This document shows positions 50,405 to 60,001 of a stretch of DNA of 64,000 nt, piece by piece. Positions within the stretch are counted from its first letter, which is position 1. Each line of letters begins with the position of its first letter. Position numbers and translations under genes: made by a program. The notes under the pieces are model-generated. The model did no database searches, was not told where the DNA came from, and worked only from the letters and a program-made list of their open reading frames with translations. The stretch comes from Nodosilinea sp. (lineage in GTDB: Bacteria > Cyanobacteriota > Cyanobacteriia > Phormidesmidales > Phormidesmidaceae), in assembly GCA_049317845.1 (NCBI GenBank), contig JBMOHM010000001.1, positions 79,860-143,859 of the forward strand, read 5' to 3'.

Positions 50405-51679
50405 ATGTGTGCACATGACTTGCCGAACCCAATAACCAGAACGCCCGATCCCATTACAATCTTGCGCTGGCTACGAGAACGCCAGATTCTGAATCCACCC
50501 TACTATCTTCACATAACGAAGGGTTACGCAGAAATAGGCTGGCAAGCCAGGGAAAGGGTTATAGGCCTGGCTGGCGAACCGGTGAATAGCCAGTCCTGGA
50601 TATCTGCCATCAAGGGCCTTGGGGATCGGGCTGGGGTGGCTAAGACTAAGGCCTTCGGCTATATCGGTTTTGATGCCTGTGATAGTACCCAGGGTTTTGC
50701 GCCCGATCGCAGTGGGACCTTTCCCCTGGTTCAGTTTTTTATTCCTGAGCATAGGCTTGTCATTAAGGCGGAGAAAATTGAATATGAGGGCAGTAATCCT
50801 GAGATTCTCGCCTCTGTTTTAGAAGCCTCCAGTACAGGGCCCGGGAGTCAGCTGCATCCAGTACTTCCAGATATAGAATTTTCTGAGCAGGCCTTTACCG
50901 AGGCAGTGGTTAAGGCCAAGCAGTGTTTATCTGAAGATATTACGAAGGTCGTCCTCTCCCGATACCTGGGTTTTGACTATGACGCCGATCTGTTGGAATT
51001 GTTTTCTGAGTATTGCTTAAAACAGAAGTTTGCCGACGCCATCTTGATGGATTTTAGTTCTGTCGGCGCGGCGATCGCCTCTCCAGAATTACTTATCCAT
51101 ATTGATACCGGCCTGATTACAGCGAATCCTCTGGCCGGTACACGGGTATTAGGCCATAACTCGGAGGAAAACCATCGGATTGCCAGGGAACTTCTCAAGG
51201 ATCGAAAGGAACTGGCGGAACATACCCTGGCCCTATTACAAATTATTCGGGAGTTGCAACCCTATTGTGATCCAGAGAGCCTGGTGGTTAGTCGTTTGCT
51301 CGATACGGTTGAACAAAACCAGATTATGCATTTAAGTTCATTATTGAGCGGCCATCTCAGGTCCGATCAACATTGTCTGGATGCGACCCTGTCCCTATTT
51401 CCCAGCACCATGGTCAGTGGTGTCCCTAAGGCTCAAGCCATAGAGCTATTGCGTCAGATCGAGCCCTTCCCTAGAGGATTATTTGGGGGCATAGTGGGAT
51501 GGATCTCAGGCCAGGACTGCCGCTTTGCCCTAACCATTCGTGGCCTCTATAAGTACGGCTCCAGGTTGTTTGTCCAGGCTGGAGCTGGGGTTATGGCCGA
51601 GTCCGATCCAGCCCAGGAAACGGAGGAAATTCGGATGAAGATGTCAGCCATGCTGGAGATTTTATCCAGTGGGGTATAG
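50405..51679 (+). CDS. chorismate-binding MST enzyme, isochorismate/salicylate synthase-like
   Basis: TKVVLSR, SPEL, PLAGT, KELAEH, LFPS..SGVPK, QAGAGV..ES.P..E.EE...K. Confidence 0.82.
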   Translation: MCAHDLPNPITRTPDPITILRWLRERQILNPPYYLHITKGYAEIGWQARERVIGLAGEPVNSQSWISAIKGLGDRAGVAKTKAFGYIGFDACDSTQGFAPDRSGTFPLVQFFIPEHRLVIKAEKIEYEGSNPEILASVLEASSTGPGSQLHPVLPDIEFSEQAFTEAVVKAKQCLSEDITKVVLSRYLGFDYDADLLELFSEYCLKQKFADAILMDFSSVGAAIASPELLIHIDTGLITANPLAGTRVLGHNSEENHRIARELLKDRKELAEHTLALLQIIRELQPYCDPESLVVSRLLDTVEQNQIMHLSSLLSGHLRSDQHCLDATLSLFPSTMVSGVPKAQAIELLRQIEPFPRGLFGGIVGWISGQDCRFALTIRGLYKYGSRLFVQAGAGVMAESDPAQETEEIRMKMSAMLEILSSGV

Positions 51680-52151
51680 CCCTTCAAAGACGTTCACCTT
51701 CAGCGTGGTGAGGCCCGTTGCTTTCATAGGGTCAAGATGCACAGACGAGACTGGTTTGGGCCCGTACATATTGCCTTGGGCTATAACAATGTTAACGGCG
51801 AGTTTTGGGCCATCCTCAGCGATGAACCCACCAGCCTGCACACCTTTGAGGAATAGGGCTTGCGCTTTGACGCGGTAACAGCAAACCAGAATGCCCACTC
51901 AGTAAACGCTTTGACCGATCCACTGGACTCTAAGCGTTCTGGCCAAAGCTCAACGACGGATTGGCTGGGACTGGGTCAAAACTGCCTTGGTGCAAGGCTG
52001 GCGGTTAATTGACTCAGTTTGTTTCACTCACGTTAAAGACTCTCAACCGGCTATGGCATCTCGGAAGCAACATGACCAACGCACCTATCGAATTGAGTTC
52101 GAAATACACACGTACCAGTATGCCCCTGACTAAGTTTTGTCAGTCAACCAG
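51680..52151 (+). mobile_element. decayed IS4-type transposase remnant (C-terminal part with terminal sequence)
   Basis: Frame from 51683 FKDVHLQRGEA...GEFWAILSDEPTSLHTFEE*GLRFD (TAG 51854-51856); later frame RIGWDWVKTALVQGW...PAMASRKQH...* (stop 52131-52133); then TTTTGTCAGTCAACCAG as putative end; central DDE region missing. Confidence 0.75.
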
Positions 52152-52230
52152 GGGGTGGAGGGTAGGCGATCAATAGCTCCTATCGGTCCCTGCTTTAGGC
52201 TAGAATCCTTGGTTGTGGCTGGACTGGCCC

Positions 52231-53307
52231 ATGCCCCAGGCAGATTTGCTCGTTAACCTATCCTTTCTACCCCAGCAACCAACCGGCCTGGCGGTCTATG
52301 CCCTGAATCTAATTCCCTACCTGCCGACGTCTACCAGTGGCCTATTAACCCCCCGGCCCATCGCCGATCGCTTTTCTATTCCTACCCCTGCCAACCTCAC
52401 CAGCGACTCGGGCACTTGGGGCCATGGCAGGCGTCTGTGGTGGACCCAAACCCGGCTACCGAGCCTCTATCGCCAGTTTAAAGCCCGGTTGATCTTTTCC
52501 CCTGTTCCCGAAGCGCCCCTCTGGTCCTCCTGTCGCACCGTAGTGACTGTCCATGACCTGATTCCCCTGCGCTTTAGTCGCCAGATGTCCCCCGCCCTAA
52601 CCGCCTACTGTCGTTACTACCTGCCCCGGGTCATCGCTCAGGCTGACCATGTGATCTGTAATTCTGAAACCACTCGCCAGGATATTCATCATTTCTTCGG
52701 TCCCCTGTCCACCCCCCAAACCGTAATTCCCCTGGCCTACGACGATCGCCAGTATCGCTGCCTCGATCTACCCCGCCAGCCCTATTTCCTCTACCTGGGC
52801 CGTCCCGATCGCTACAAAAATTTAGGGCGATTACTCCAAGCCTTTGCCCGTGTGCCCGATCAGGAGACGGAATTATGGCTGGCGGGTAAAGGTGATCGCC
52901 GCTTTACCCCAGCCTTGCAAACCCAGGCCCAGGCCCTCGGTATAGCCCACCGGGTCCAGTTCCTGGGCTATGTGCCCGATGCGGATCTACCCCGGCTGAT
53001 CAACCAGGCGATCGCCCTGGTATTTCCTAGCCTATGGGAGGGCTTCGGATTGCCGGTGCTGGAAGCCATGGCCTGCGGTACGCCGGTAATCACCTCTAAT
53101 CTGGCCTCCCTACCCGAGGTAGCGGGGGAGGCGGCCCTACTCATCGACCCCTATAATCCTGGAGAACTGGCGGAGGCGATGACGGCGGTGGCCAGCGATC
53201 GCCAGCTCTGGCAAGGGCTACGGGCGGCAGGGTTGGCGCGGGCTCAGCAGTTTAGTTGGGCTAAAGTGGGCCAGAGCACCGCTGCCGTACTGGGGGAATA
53301 CCTGTAA
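52231..53307 (+). CDS. glycosyltransferase family 4 (mannosyltransferase-like)
   Basis: TVHDLIP, KNLGRL, FPSLWEGFGLPVLEAMACGTPV (EX7E), SLPEVAG. Confidence 0.93.
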   Translation: MPQADLLVNLSFLPQQPTGLAVYALNLIPYLPTSTSGLLTPRPIADRFSIPTPANLTSDSGTWGHGRRLWWTQTRLPSLYRQFKARLIFSPVPEAPLWSSCRTVVTVHDLIPLRFSRQMSPALTAYCRYYLPRVIAQADHVICNSETTRQDIHHFFGPLSTPQTVIPLAYDDRQYRCLDLPRQPYFLYLGRPDRYKNLGRLLQAFARVPDQETELWLAGKGDRRFTPALQTQAQALGIAHRVQFLGYVPDADLPRLINQAIALVFPSLWEGFGLPVLEAMACGTPVITSNLASLPEVAGEAALLIDPYNPGELAEAMTAVASDRQLWQGLRAAGLARAQQFSWAKVGQSTAAVLGEYL

Positions 53308-53596
53308 AAACTGACATAGTAGGTAGAAGTGCTATCCTAAACAGGACGTCACCAGGCTTACTCCCCTGTTATGTCTCCTGTCATCTCTGCGGCTAACCCT
53401 ATCTCTGTTATCGCTATAACCACGGATAACGGGGCAGCCAGGGGGTGGGAAACGGCTCTTCCCCCTGAAGGCCTCTGCCAAAGCTTTCCCCCACCCTTTG
53501 CAGCTAGTCAAAATCCCTGTCCAGCCCTGGTTTTGACCAATCAACCAGGTCCTCAGCATTCTGACCAAAGCTATAACTTTGCCGCCCCCCTGGTCT

Positions 53597-55489
53597 ATGG
53601 ATGCCGCCCTTGAACTTACCCTGCAAATAGTCCTGACCGTATTGGCTGGGGTTGCAGCCCAGGTGGTTGGATCCTTTAGCCGTATACCCAGTATTATTTT
53701 TTTACTCCTGTTTGGCATCGGTCTGGGGCCCGATGGTCTGGGCCTCATCCATCCCCAGGCGCTGGGGGTTGGGCTGGAGGTGGTGGTGGCCCTGAGTGTA
53801 GCCCTAATCCTATTTGAGGGAGGGCTGAGCCTGGAATTGAGTGAACTGGGTCAGGTTTCCAGGAGCCTGCGCAATCTGGTCACCCTTGGGGTGTTAATCA
53901 CCCTGGTGGGAGGGGGGCTGGCCGCCCATTGGCTGGGGGAATTTCCCTGGTCCCTGGCCTTTCTCTACGCCTCCCTGGTGGTGGTCACGGGGCCTACGGT
54001 GATTACCCCCCTGGTGCGTCAGGTGAAGGTCGATCGCAAGGTCTCTACCCTATTGGAAGGAGAGGGGGTCCTGATTGACCCGGTGGGGGCCGTACTGGCG
54101 GTGGTGGTTCTGGGCATTGTACTGAATGGCCATACCGATCCAGCCTCGATTATTAGTGGCATGGCCCTGCGCCTAGCCATCGGCATTACGGTGGGAGCGC
54201 TAGGCGGCGGCTTGATGGGGGTATTTTTAAAGTCCACCCCCATGCTCAGCGAAGATCTCTCCAATCTGGTGGTGTTGGCGGGCCTATGGAGTACCTTTGG
54301 TGTGGCCCAAGCCCTGCGTAGTGAGTCCGGGTTGATGGCAACGGTGGTGGCAGGGTTGCTAGTGCGATCGCTGTCGGTTCCCGATGAACGTCTCCTACGG
54401 CGATTCAAGGGGCAGCTGACGGTGCTGGCGGTATCAGTATTATTTATTTTGTTAGCGGCGGACCTTTCCATCGACAGTGTTTTCGCTCTGGGTTGGGGGG
54501 CCGTGGCTACGGTGGCCGTTCTAATGATTGTGATTCGTCCCCTTAACGTCTGGCTATGTACCCAATCTAGCGATTTAAATTGGCGTCAGAAGGCCTTTCT
54601 CAGTTGGGTAGCACCCAGGGGTATCGTCTCGGCCTCCATTGCCTCCCTATTTGCCATTTTACTGACTGAGCAGGGGTTGAGCGGTGGCGACGCCATTAAG
54701 GCCCTGGTATTTCTTACCATTATTATGACCGTGTTGATACAGGGGCTCACCGCCGGGCTGGTGGCCCGCTGGCTGGGACTGACTAAGGCCGACGCGGTGG
54801 GGGCAGTGGTGGTGGGCTGTAGTCCCTTGAGTTTGTTGATTGCCCGCTTAATTCAGGACCATGGTGACCCGGTGGTGCTGATCGATACCAGCGACTTGGC
54901 CTGCGAAGAGGCTGCCAACCAGGGCCTACCGGTCTTAGTCAGCAGTGCCCTTGACCATGACGCCCTAGAACAGGCTGGCCTGTCCCAAACGGGCACCTTT
55001 CTAGCCATGACGAAAAACGGTGAGGTTAATGCCGTGGTTGCCCAACGGGCTCTAGAGGAATTTGCCCCACCTCGGGTGATTGCTGTGCTACCTCAGGAAA
55101 CCGAATCGGAAGAAATCCCTGAGCCAGGCAACCTCAAGCAGGCCAGGCTGACCAGACTCTCCCTAAAAAAATGGAACACCTACCTGCAACAGGGAGAGGT
55201 TAGGCTAGGAGAAACCTGGCTGCGGGATAGCCATAGTGACCTGCAACAGGCCCACCTGGTTGCCTTAATTAGTAGTGGGGAGATGATTCCCCTGCTGCTG
55301 GAACGGGAGGGTAATTTACAGGTGGCGATCGGTCAGGAGACCTGGCGGGTGGGCGATCGGCTCATCTACCTGCTCCACGATGCCAAACCTAAACTGCTGA
55401 AACGGCTGTCCGGAGGCATTCAGCCTCCCCAACTGAGCATCGAAACCCTACCTACCGTAGAGGAAGTGCCCTTGTCTATCGCACCTTAG
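53597..55489 (+). CDS. CPA1 (NhaP-type) cation:proton antiporter with C-terminal NAD-binding/TrkA-like domain
   Basis: ILFEGGL, TGPTV, EGVLIDPVG, APRGIV; cytoplasmic VVVGCSPL...LIDT...L..AG domain; ATG 53597. Confidence 0.9.
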   Translation: MDAALELTLQIVLTVLAGVAAQVVGSFSRIPSIIFLLLFGIGLGPDGLGLIHPQALGVGLEVVVALSVALILFEGGLSLELSELGQVSRSLRNLVTLGVLITLVGGGLAAHWLGEFPWSLAFLYASLVVVTGPTVITPLVRQVKVDRKVSTLLEGEGVLIDPVGAVLAVVVLGIVLNGHTDPASIISGMALRLAIGITVGALGGGLMGVFLKSTPMLSEDLSNLVVLAGLWSTFGVAQALRSESGLMATVVAGLLVRSLSVPDERLLRRFKGQLTVLAVSVLFILLAADLSIDSVFALGWGAVATVAVLMIVIRPLNVWLCTQSSDLNWRQKAFLSWVAPRGIVSASIASLFAILLTEQGLSGGDAIKALVFLTIIMTVLIQGLTAGLVARWLGLTKADAVGAVVVGCSPLSLLIARLIQDHGDPVVLIDTSDLACEEAANQGLPVLVSSALDHDALEQAGLSQTGTFLAMTKNGEVNAVVAQRALEEFAPPRVIAVLPQETESEEIPEPGNLKQARLTRLSLKKWNTYLQQGEVRLGETWLRDSHSDLQQAHLVALISSGEMIPLLLEREGNLQVAIGQETWRVGDRLIYLLHDAKPKLLKRLSGGIQPPQLSIETLPTVEEVPLSIAP

Positions 55490-57123
55490 GACCAGGGAAA
55501 GGTCGAATGTTCTTCAACCCAGACTGAAACTGACCCACCATTACAATAGAACTCAGCCCATCCCTCAGGGTTAGTGGTAATCCGTTCTGGTCGATGGCCC
55601 GTCAGATCGTAGAAAGTGGTGTGGGGCTTCCCCACCTCCATCCACTTGTTGCCCGCCGGTCCATCACTGAGAATCACCGCCATAGCCCGGGGATGGTCCT
55701 GGCTACCCAGCCGGGTCCAGCCAATGGTGTTGAAATGATCAAAATAGTCGTACTGAGGCCCGTGGGCATAGTGGTGACGAGCCTTTAGGAAACAATCTAG
55801 AATGGCCTTGTGGGAATCCATCGAAATTTCGTACTCCTGCCCATCTCGCCCCCGATCGCGGTAGTGGGCCCCATAGTAGTCGGCGTAGAAGATGCAGGGA
55901 TAGCCTTCCGCCCGGAGTAGAATAATCGCGTAGGCAAGGGGCTTAAACCATGACTCTACCGGTGACTCTAAGGCCTGTAGAGGTTGGGTGTCATGGTTCT
56001 CCACTAGGGTTACCGCCAGTAGGGGAATTTCCTTCATCAGGGTACCCTCCAGGATGGTGCGCATATCGTAGTTACCCCCCGCCCGGCTGGCCTGATGGAA
56101 GTTATTATGCAGAGGCGCATCGAAGAGACTGAGGCGCCCGCCCCCGTTGCCCAGGTACCAACTCAAGGTATTCAGGTCGTAGGTCCAGTACTCTCCTACG
56201 CAGAAGAGATCGCGCTGGGCATACCGTTCTAAATGGTCTAGCCAATCGCTAAAGAAATCGCCATTGATATGCTTAATGGCGTCCAGGCGAAACCCATCGA
56301 CTCCGATCGTATCGAGGGTCCACTCGCCCCAGTACTTGAGCTCACCTCTGACTTCAGGATGGGCAATATCGAGGTCGCAACCCATCAGGTAATCAAAGTT
56401 ACCCACTTCCAGGCTGACCTTATTTTCAAAGGTCTTGCCCTCAACCAGCCAAACTGCTTTAAAGGCAGGATCGGAGCTGTTGTAGTCCACTGAATCAAAG
56501 TGCCACCAATGCCATTTCATGCTGGAATAGGTGTCCCCCCGTCCCGGAAAACTATAGCCAGTCCAGGATTTAACTTTTCGCATTTCCCCCAGGGGGCGTT
56601 TACGGTTAGCTGGATCCATGGGTGTAGCATTAAATTCCTCTTCGTAGTCCGCCGCCATTTTGTGGTTAAACACCACATCGGCGTAAACCTGAATCCCCCT
56701 ATCCCGCAAAGTTTTGACCGTGGCCTGGTATTCCTGCCGGGTACCGTACTTGGTCCGTACCGTACCCTTTTGGTCAAATTCCCCCAGATCGAAGAGATCG
56801 TAGACACCGTAACCCACGTCATAGCCGCCGCCAATACCCTTATAGGCTGGGGGTAGCCAGATTCCAGTAATACCTGCTGCCGCCAGGTCCCTGGCCTGTT
56901 CCTGCAGATGACGCCAGTGACTACCGTCGGCGGGTATATACCAGTGGAATCCTTGCATCATGACCCCATTGGTTTCAGCCGGTAGGGGCTTACTCCTAAG
57001 CTCGGCGGCATTGGCCTGAATCCAAGCAACCAAATATTCTTTGGCGGTCTGGCGGACTTCTGGGGTGAGGGAAGACCCCAGGTTCTGGAACTGTTCCTGA
57101 AGCTGTTTAAAAATACTAGTCAT
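55486..57123 (-). CDS. alpha-amylase, GH13 (AmyA / liquefying type)
   Basis: MMQGFHWY, DVVFNH, GFRLDAIKH, VGEYW, VENHD conserved regions. Confidence 0.94.
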   Translation of the reverse strand: MTSIFKQLQEQFQNLGSSLTPEVRQTAKEYLVAWIQANAAELRSKPLPAETNGVMMQGFHWYIPADGSHWRHLQEQARDLAAAGITGIWLPPAYKGIGGGYDVGYGVYDLFDLGEFDQKGTVRTKYGTRQEYQATVKTLRDRGIQVYADVVFNHKMAADYEEEFNATPMDPANRKRPLGEMRKVKSWTGYSFPGRGDTYSSMKWHWWHFDSVDYNSSDPAFKAVWLVEGKTFENKVSLEVGNFDYLMGCDLDIAHPEVRGELKYWGEWTLDTIGVDGFRLDAIKHINGDFFSDWLDHLERYAQRDLFCVGEYWTYDLNTLSWYLGNGGGRLSLFDAPLHNNFHQASRAGGNYDMRTILEGTLMKEIPLLAVTLVENHDTQPLQALESPVESWFKPLAYAIILLRAEGYPCIFYADYYGAHYRDRGRDGQEYEISMDSHKAILDCFLKARHHYAHGPQYDYFDHFNTIGWTRLGSQDHPRAMAVILSDGPAGNKWMEVGKPHTTFYDLTGHRPERITTNPEGWAEFYCNGGSVSVWVEEHSTFPWS

Positions 57124-57260
57124 GGGGGTAGGAAGATATTAAAGCTAGGAAAGTGAATCCAGTATAGAACCGTCGCCAGATAAAAGAATTTTTGCGCCAC
57201 TTTTACAGAAAGTTGGCACAATTAGGGACAATTCCTTTAGTCTTTCTAGGGTCAGTCACT

Positions 57261-57929
57261 ATGGTTCTGGCACACCAATACCGCATTCTAGGATTACGAA
57301 CAGGAGCCAGCTTTAGGGATGTCAAGCTGGCCTACCGCCATCTGGCCCGACTCTACCATCCTGATATTAATCCTGGAGATAGCCAGGCAAAGGAAAAGTT
57401 TATTCAGGTGACCCAGGCCTATCAGGCTTTGAGCCGAGCCTTACCCCAGGCTGCCCCCCGGGTTAGGGGTGAGCGATCGCCGGTAAATCCAGCCAAACCC
57501 AATGGACACAAAGGTGACCAACCTTCCCCGGTCAATCAATCCCAGGATCGGGTAAAACCTTCCCCTAAAGTCAGGACCCATCCCCCAGCCCCTGCCGATC
57601 AGGACCTCAAGCAAATTGGCTTTAACCAATTACAGGGATTGTTCCGCAGTCGCCGCTATGCCCGGGCGATCGCTCTGGTAGAGGGTTTAGCCCATCGGTT
57701 TCCCCAGGACCCGGAGGTCCGGCAGTGGCAGGCAATTACCTACTATCGCTGGGGGCAAGCCTCGATTAGCAGCGGTGATTTTATCAAGGCGGCGGCCTGC
57801 CTGCGCAAGGCCAAGCGGGTTGATCCCCACAATCGATCCCTGGGGCAGGCCTTAGAACGGGAGTTTCATCGGCTAGAACAATTGACCTCAAACTCTGGAG
57901 CCCAATCTGGAGTAGGAGCCATCGGCTAA
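57261..57929 (+). CDS. J-domain (DnaJ-type) protein with C-terminal TPR-like helices
   Basis: YRILGL...AYRHLARLYHPD...KFIQVTQAY; ATG 57261 preferred to TTG 57192. Confidence 0.88.
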   Translation: MVLAHQYRILGLRTGASFRDVKLAYRHLARLYHPDINPGDSQAKEKFIQVTQAYQALSRALPQAAPRVRGERSPVNPAKPNGHKGDQPSPVNQSQDRVKPSPKVRTHPPAPADQDLKQIGFNQLQGLFRSRRYARAIALVEGLAHRFPQDPEVRQWQAITYYRWGQASISSGDFIKAAACLRKAKRVDPHNRSLGQALEREFHRLEQLTSNSGAQSGVGAIG

Positions 57930-58245
57930 GTTCACCGGCATCCAAGTTAATCCAACTCCTGCGGTAGGGTTTCGCCTGACTGGTTAAAGCTAACCCTAGA
58001 CGACCCTCAAGTCTAAAAGCTGAGGGGTAACATACCTTGGTCCCAGATAACAGAGCCAGAACTATAGGGTTTTAATAAATTTTCCCTGGGATGAAATTTA
58101 GTTTTCCATCGTTTGTGATCCTTTCCTATCTTTTTTCTGCATTCTGTTGATAGCGAAGGGAAGATGGAGCCAGGTAGACCAGAACCTTGCGATCGCCAGG
58201 CATAAACCTCTGCACATCGAGACAGATTTCTGTATCTAGAGAGGG

Positions 58246-59832
58246 ATGCTGACCATGGAAGTATTTGACTATGTGATTTTAGGTGCCGGTTTGGGAGGGC
58301 TTGCCGCTGCCGCCTGCTTGAGCCGTCAGGGTCATCGGGTGGTAGTGCTAGAAAAGCACTACCTGGCGGGGGGATGTTGCCACACCTTTGACTACGGCAA
58401 CTATAGCTTTTGTGCCAATGTCCATTATATTTCCCAATGTGGACCGGAGCAGGAGATCGATCAGTTCCTTCGATATCTTGACCGACCGGTTACTTTCCAT
58501 AGTCTTGAACCCAGTTGCATTGACCGGGTGATCGCCCCTGGAGTAGACTTCGCCATTCCCCTGGGTTGGGAAAACCTGCGTGATCGCCTGATCGATCAAT
58601 TTCCCCAGGAGGTACAACCCATAAACCGCTACTGCGATGCCATTAAGCAGCTGGCGGAGGATATGCACCACTTTAATCAGAGAATTCGCTGGTACGATCC
58701 CCACTGGTACGACTGGCTACGGCTACCCCGCTACTGGAACCTGTTGGACAAGGGCCGCTGGACTTTGCAGGACCTTTACGACCGAGTCGGCCTTTCGCCC
58801 CAACTACAAACCATCCTGGCGGGACAAAGTGGAGACTATGCCCTGCCCCCCGAGGAAGTTGCCCTGCTTACCCATACATCAGTGGCGTGGAGCTACTGTG
58901 AGGGAGCCTATTATCCCGAATTCCACTTCAAAGGATTTGTAGATACTATTGTGGATGCCATTATCCAGGGTGGGGGAACTATACGCTACCAGACCCCAGT
59001 GGACCATATTGAAGTCTGTAACGATCAGGTAGCCTGGGTGACCGCCGGAGGTACCAACTACGTAGCCCGGCAGCACTATATCAGTGACCTGGATCCTAAG
59101 CTAACGGTTAGTCTCATGGGAACCGAAGCCCTGAGTCAGGGGGAGCGGCATCGCTTGACTGACTATGGCTATTCCGCCAGTGCCTTCAATATTTATCTGG
59201 GTCTGGACGATCGCTTCCACCCCCAAGATTATGGCCTGGGCAACTGGAACCTGTGGTACTATCCCAGCGGCAATTTAAACCAGGAGTATCGTCAACAATT
59301 AGCTGGAAACCTTGACCATGCCTGGATTTTTCTCTCCTGCCCTACCCTTAAGTCAAGCCAGCCTGGCCTAGCGCCGACCGGACACCACGTATTGGAAATC
59401 GCTACCCTGTGCCCCTATGCTCCCTTTAAACAGTTACAGCAAACCGATCCCCAGGGTTACAAGGTGAAAAAGCGGGAGACCTACCAGGCCATTATGACCA
59501 GTGTGCGGGACTTAATTCCAGATGTAGATCGCTATACCCGCCTGCGAGTTTACGGTACTCCCACGACCAGTGAACGCTTTCTAGGGCAGCCCGAGGGGAA
59601 TATCTATGGAGCCAAGCTCATCCCCCAGCAGGTGGGATTGCACCGCCTGGGCTACCAGACCGAACTGCCTAACCTCTTTTTGGTCGGAGCCAGTGCTGGC
59701 TACCCCAGCGTACCAGGGGTAATCAGTAACGGTATGAATGTGGTGGAACTGATGACCGGAGAGACCATCCGGTCTTACGGGCGTCAGTCGGGTATGGGGC
59801 GAGCTGCTGATTATAGCTTACCCTCCGTTTAA
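58246..59832 (+). CDS. phytoene-desaturase / CrtISO / retinol-saturase-family FAD oxidoreductase
   Basis: GAGLGGL...VLEKH..AGGCCHTF dinucleotide fold; TPTT.ERF...EGNIYG; LPNLFLVG. Confidence 0.85.
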   Translation: MLTMEVFDYVILGAGLGGLAAAACLSRQGHRVVVLEKHYLAGGCCHTFDYGNYSFCANVHYISQCGPEQEIDQFLRYLDRPVTFHSLEPSCIDRVIAPGVDFAIPLGWENLRDRLIDQFPQEVQPINRYCDAIKQLAEDMHHFNQRIRWYDPHWYDWLRLPRYWNLLDKGRWTLQDLYDRVGLSPQLQTILAGQSGDYALPPEEVALLTHTSVAWSYCEGAYYPEFHFKGFVDTIVDAIIQGGGTIRYQTPVDHIEVCNDQVAWVTAGGTNYVARQHYISDLDPKLTVSLMGTEALSQGERHRLTDYGYSASAFNIYLGLDDRFHPQDYGLGNWNLWYYPSGNLNQEYRQQLAGNLDHAWIFLSCPTLKSSQPGLAPTGHHVLEIATLCPYAPFKQLQQTDPQGYKVKKRETYQAIMTSVRDLIPDVDRYTRLRVYGTPTTSERFLGQPEGNIYGAKLIPQQVGLHRLGYQTELPNLFLVGASAGYPSVPGVISNGMNVVELMTGETIRSYGRQSGMGRAADYSLPSV

Positions 59833-60001
59833 GAGAGCGGAGGCGAGCCTGCCTTGCCATGGCTCGTAACATGGCATAAGCCTGGCAGTTACGAGCCATA
59901 CACCATACAACTGTCGACTTGGGCTAAGCGGACTGGGGACTGCCAGATCGACTGGGTAGGAGTATGATGGCAAAGAATAGCGAGTAATGCGATGGCGTCC
60001 T

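Noticed and set aside
51662-51898. Short ORFs 51662-51898(-) and 51669-51878(+)
   Set aside because: Alternative frames of the IS remnant
53371-53613. 80-aa ORF between the GT4 gene and the antiporter
   Set aside because: Low-complexity, no motif, overlaps the antiporter start in another frame
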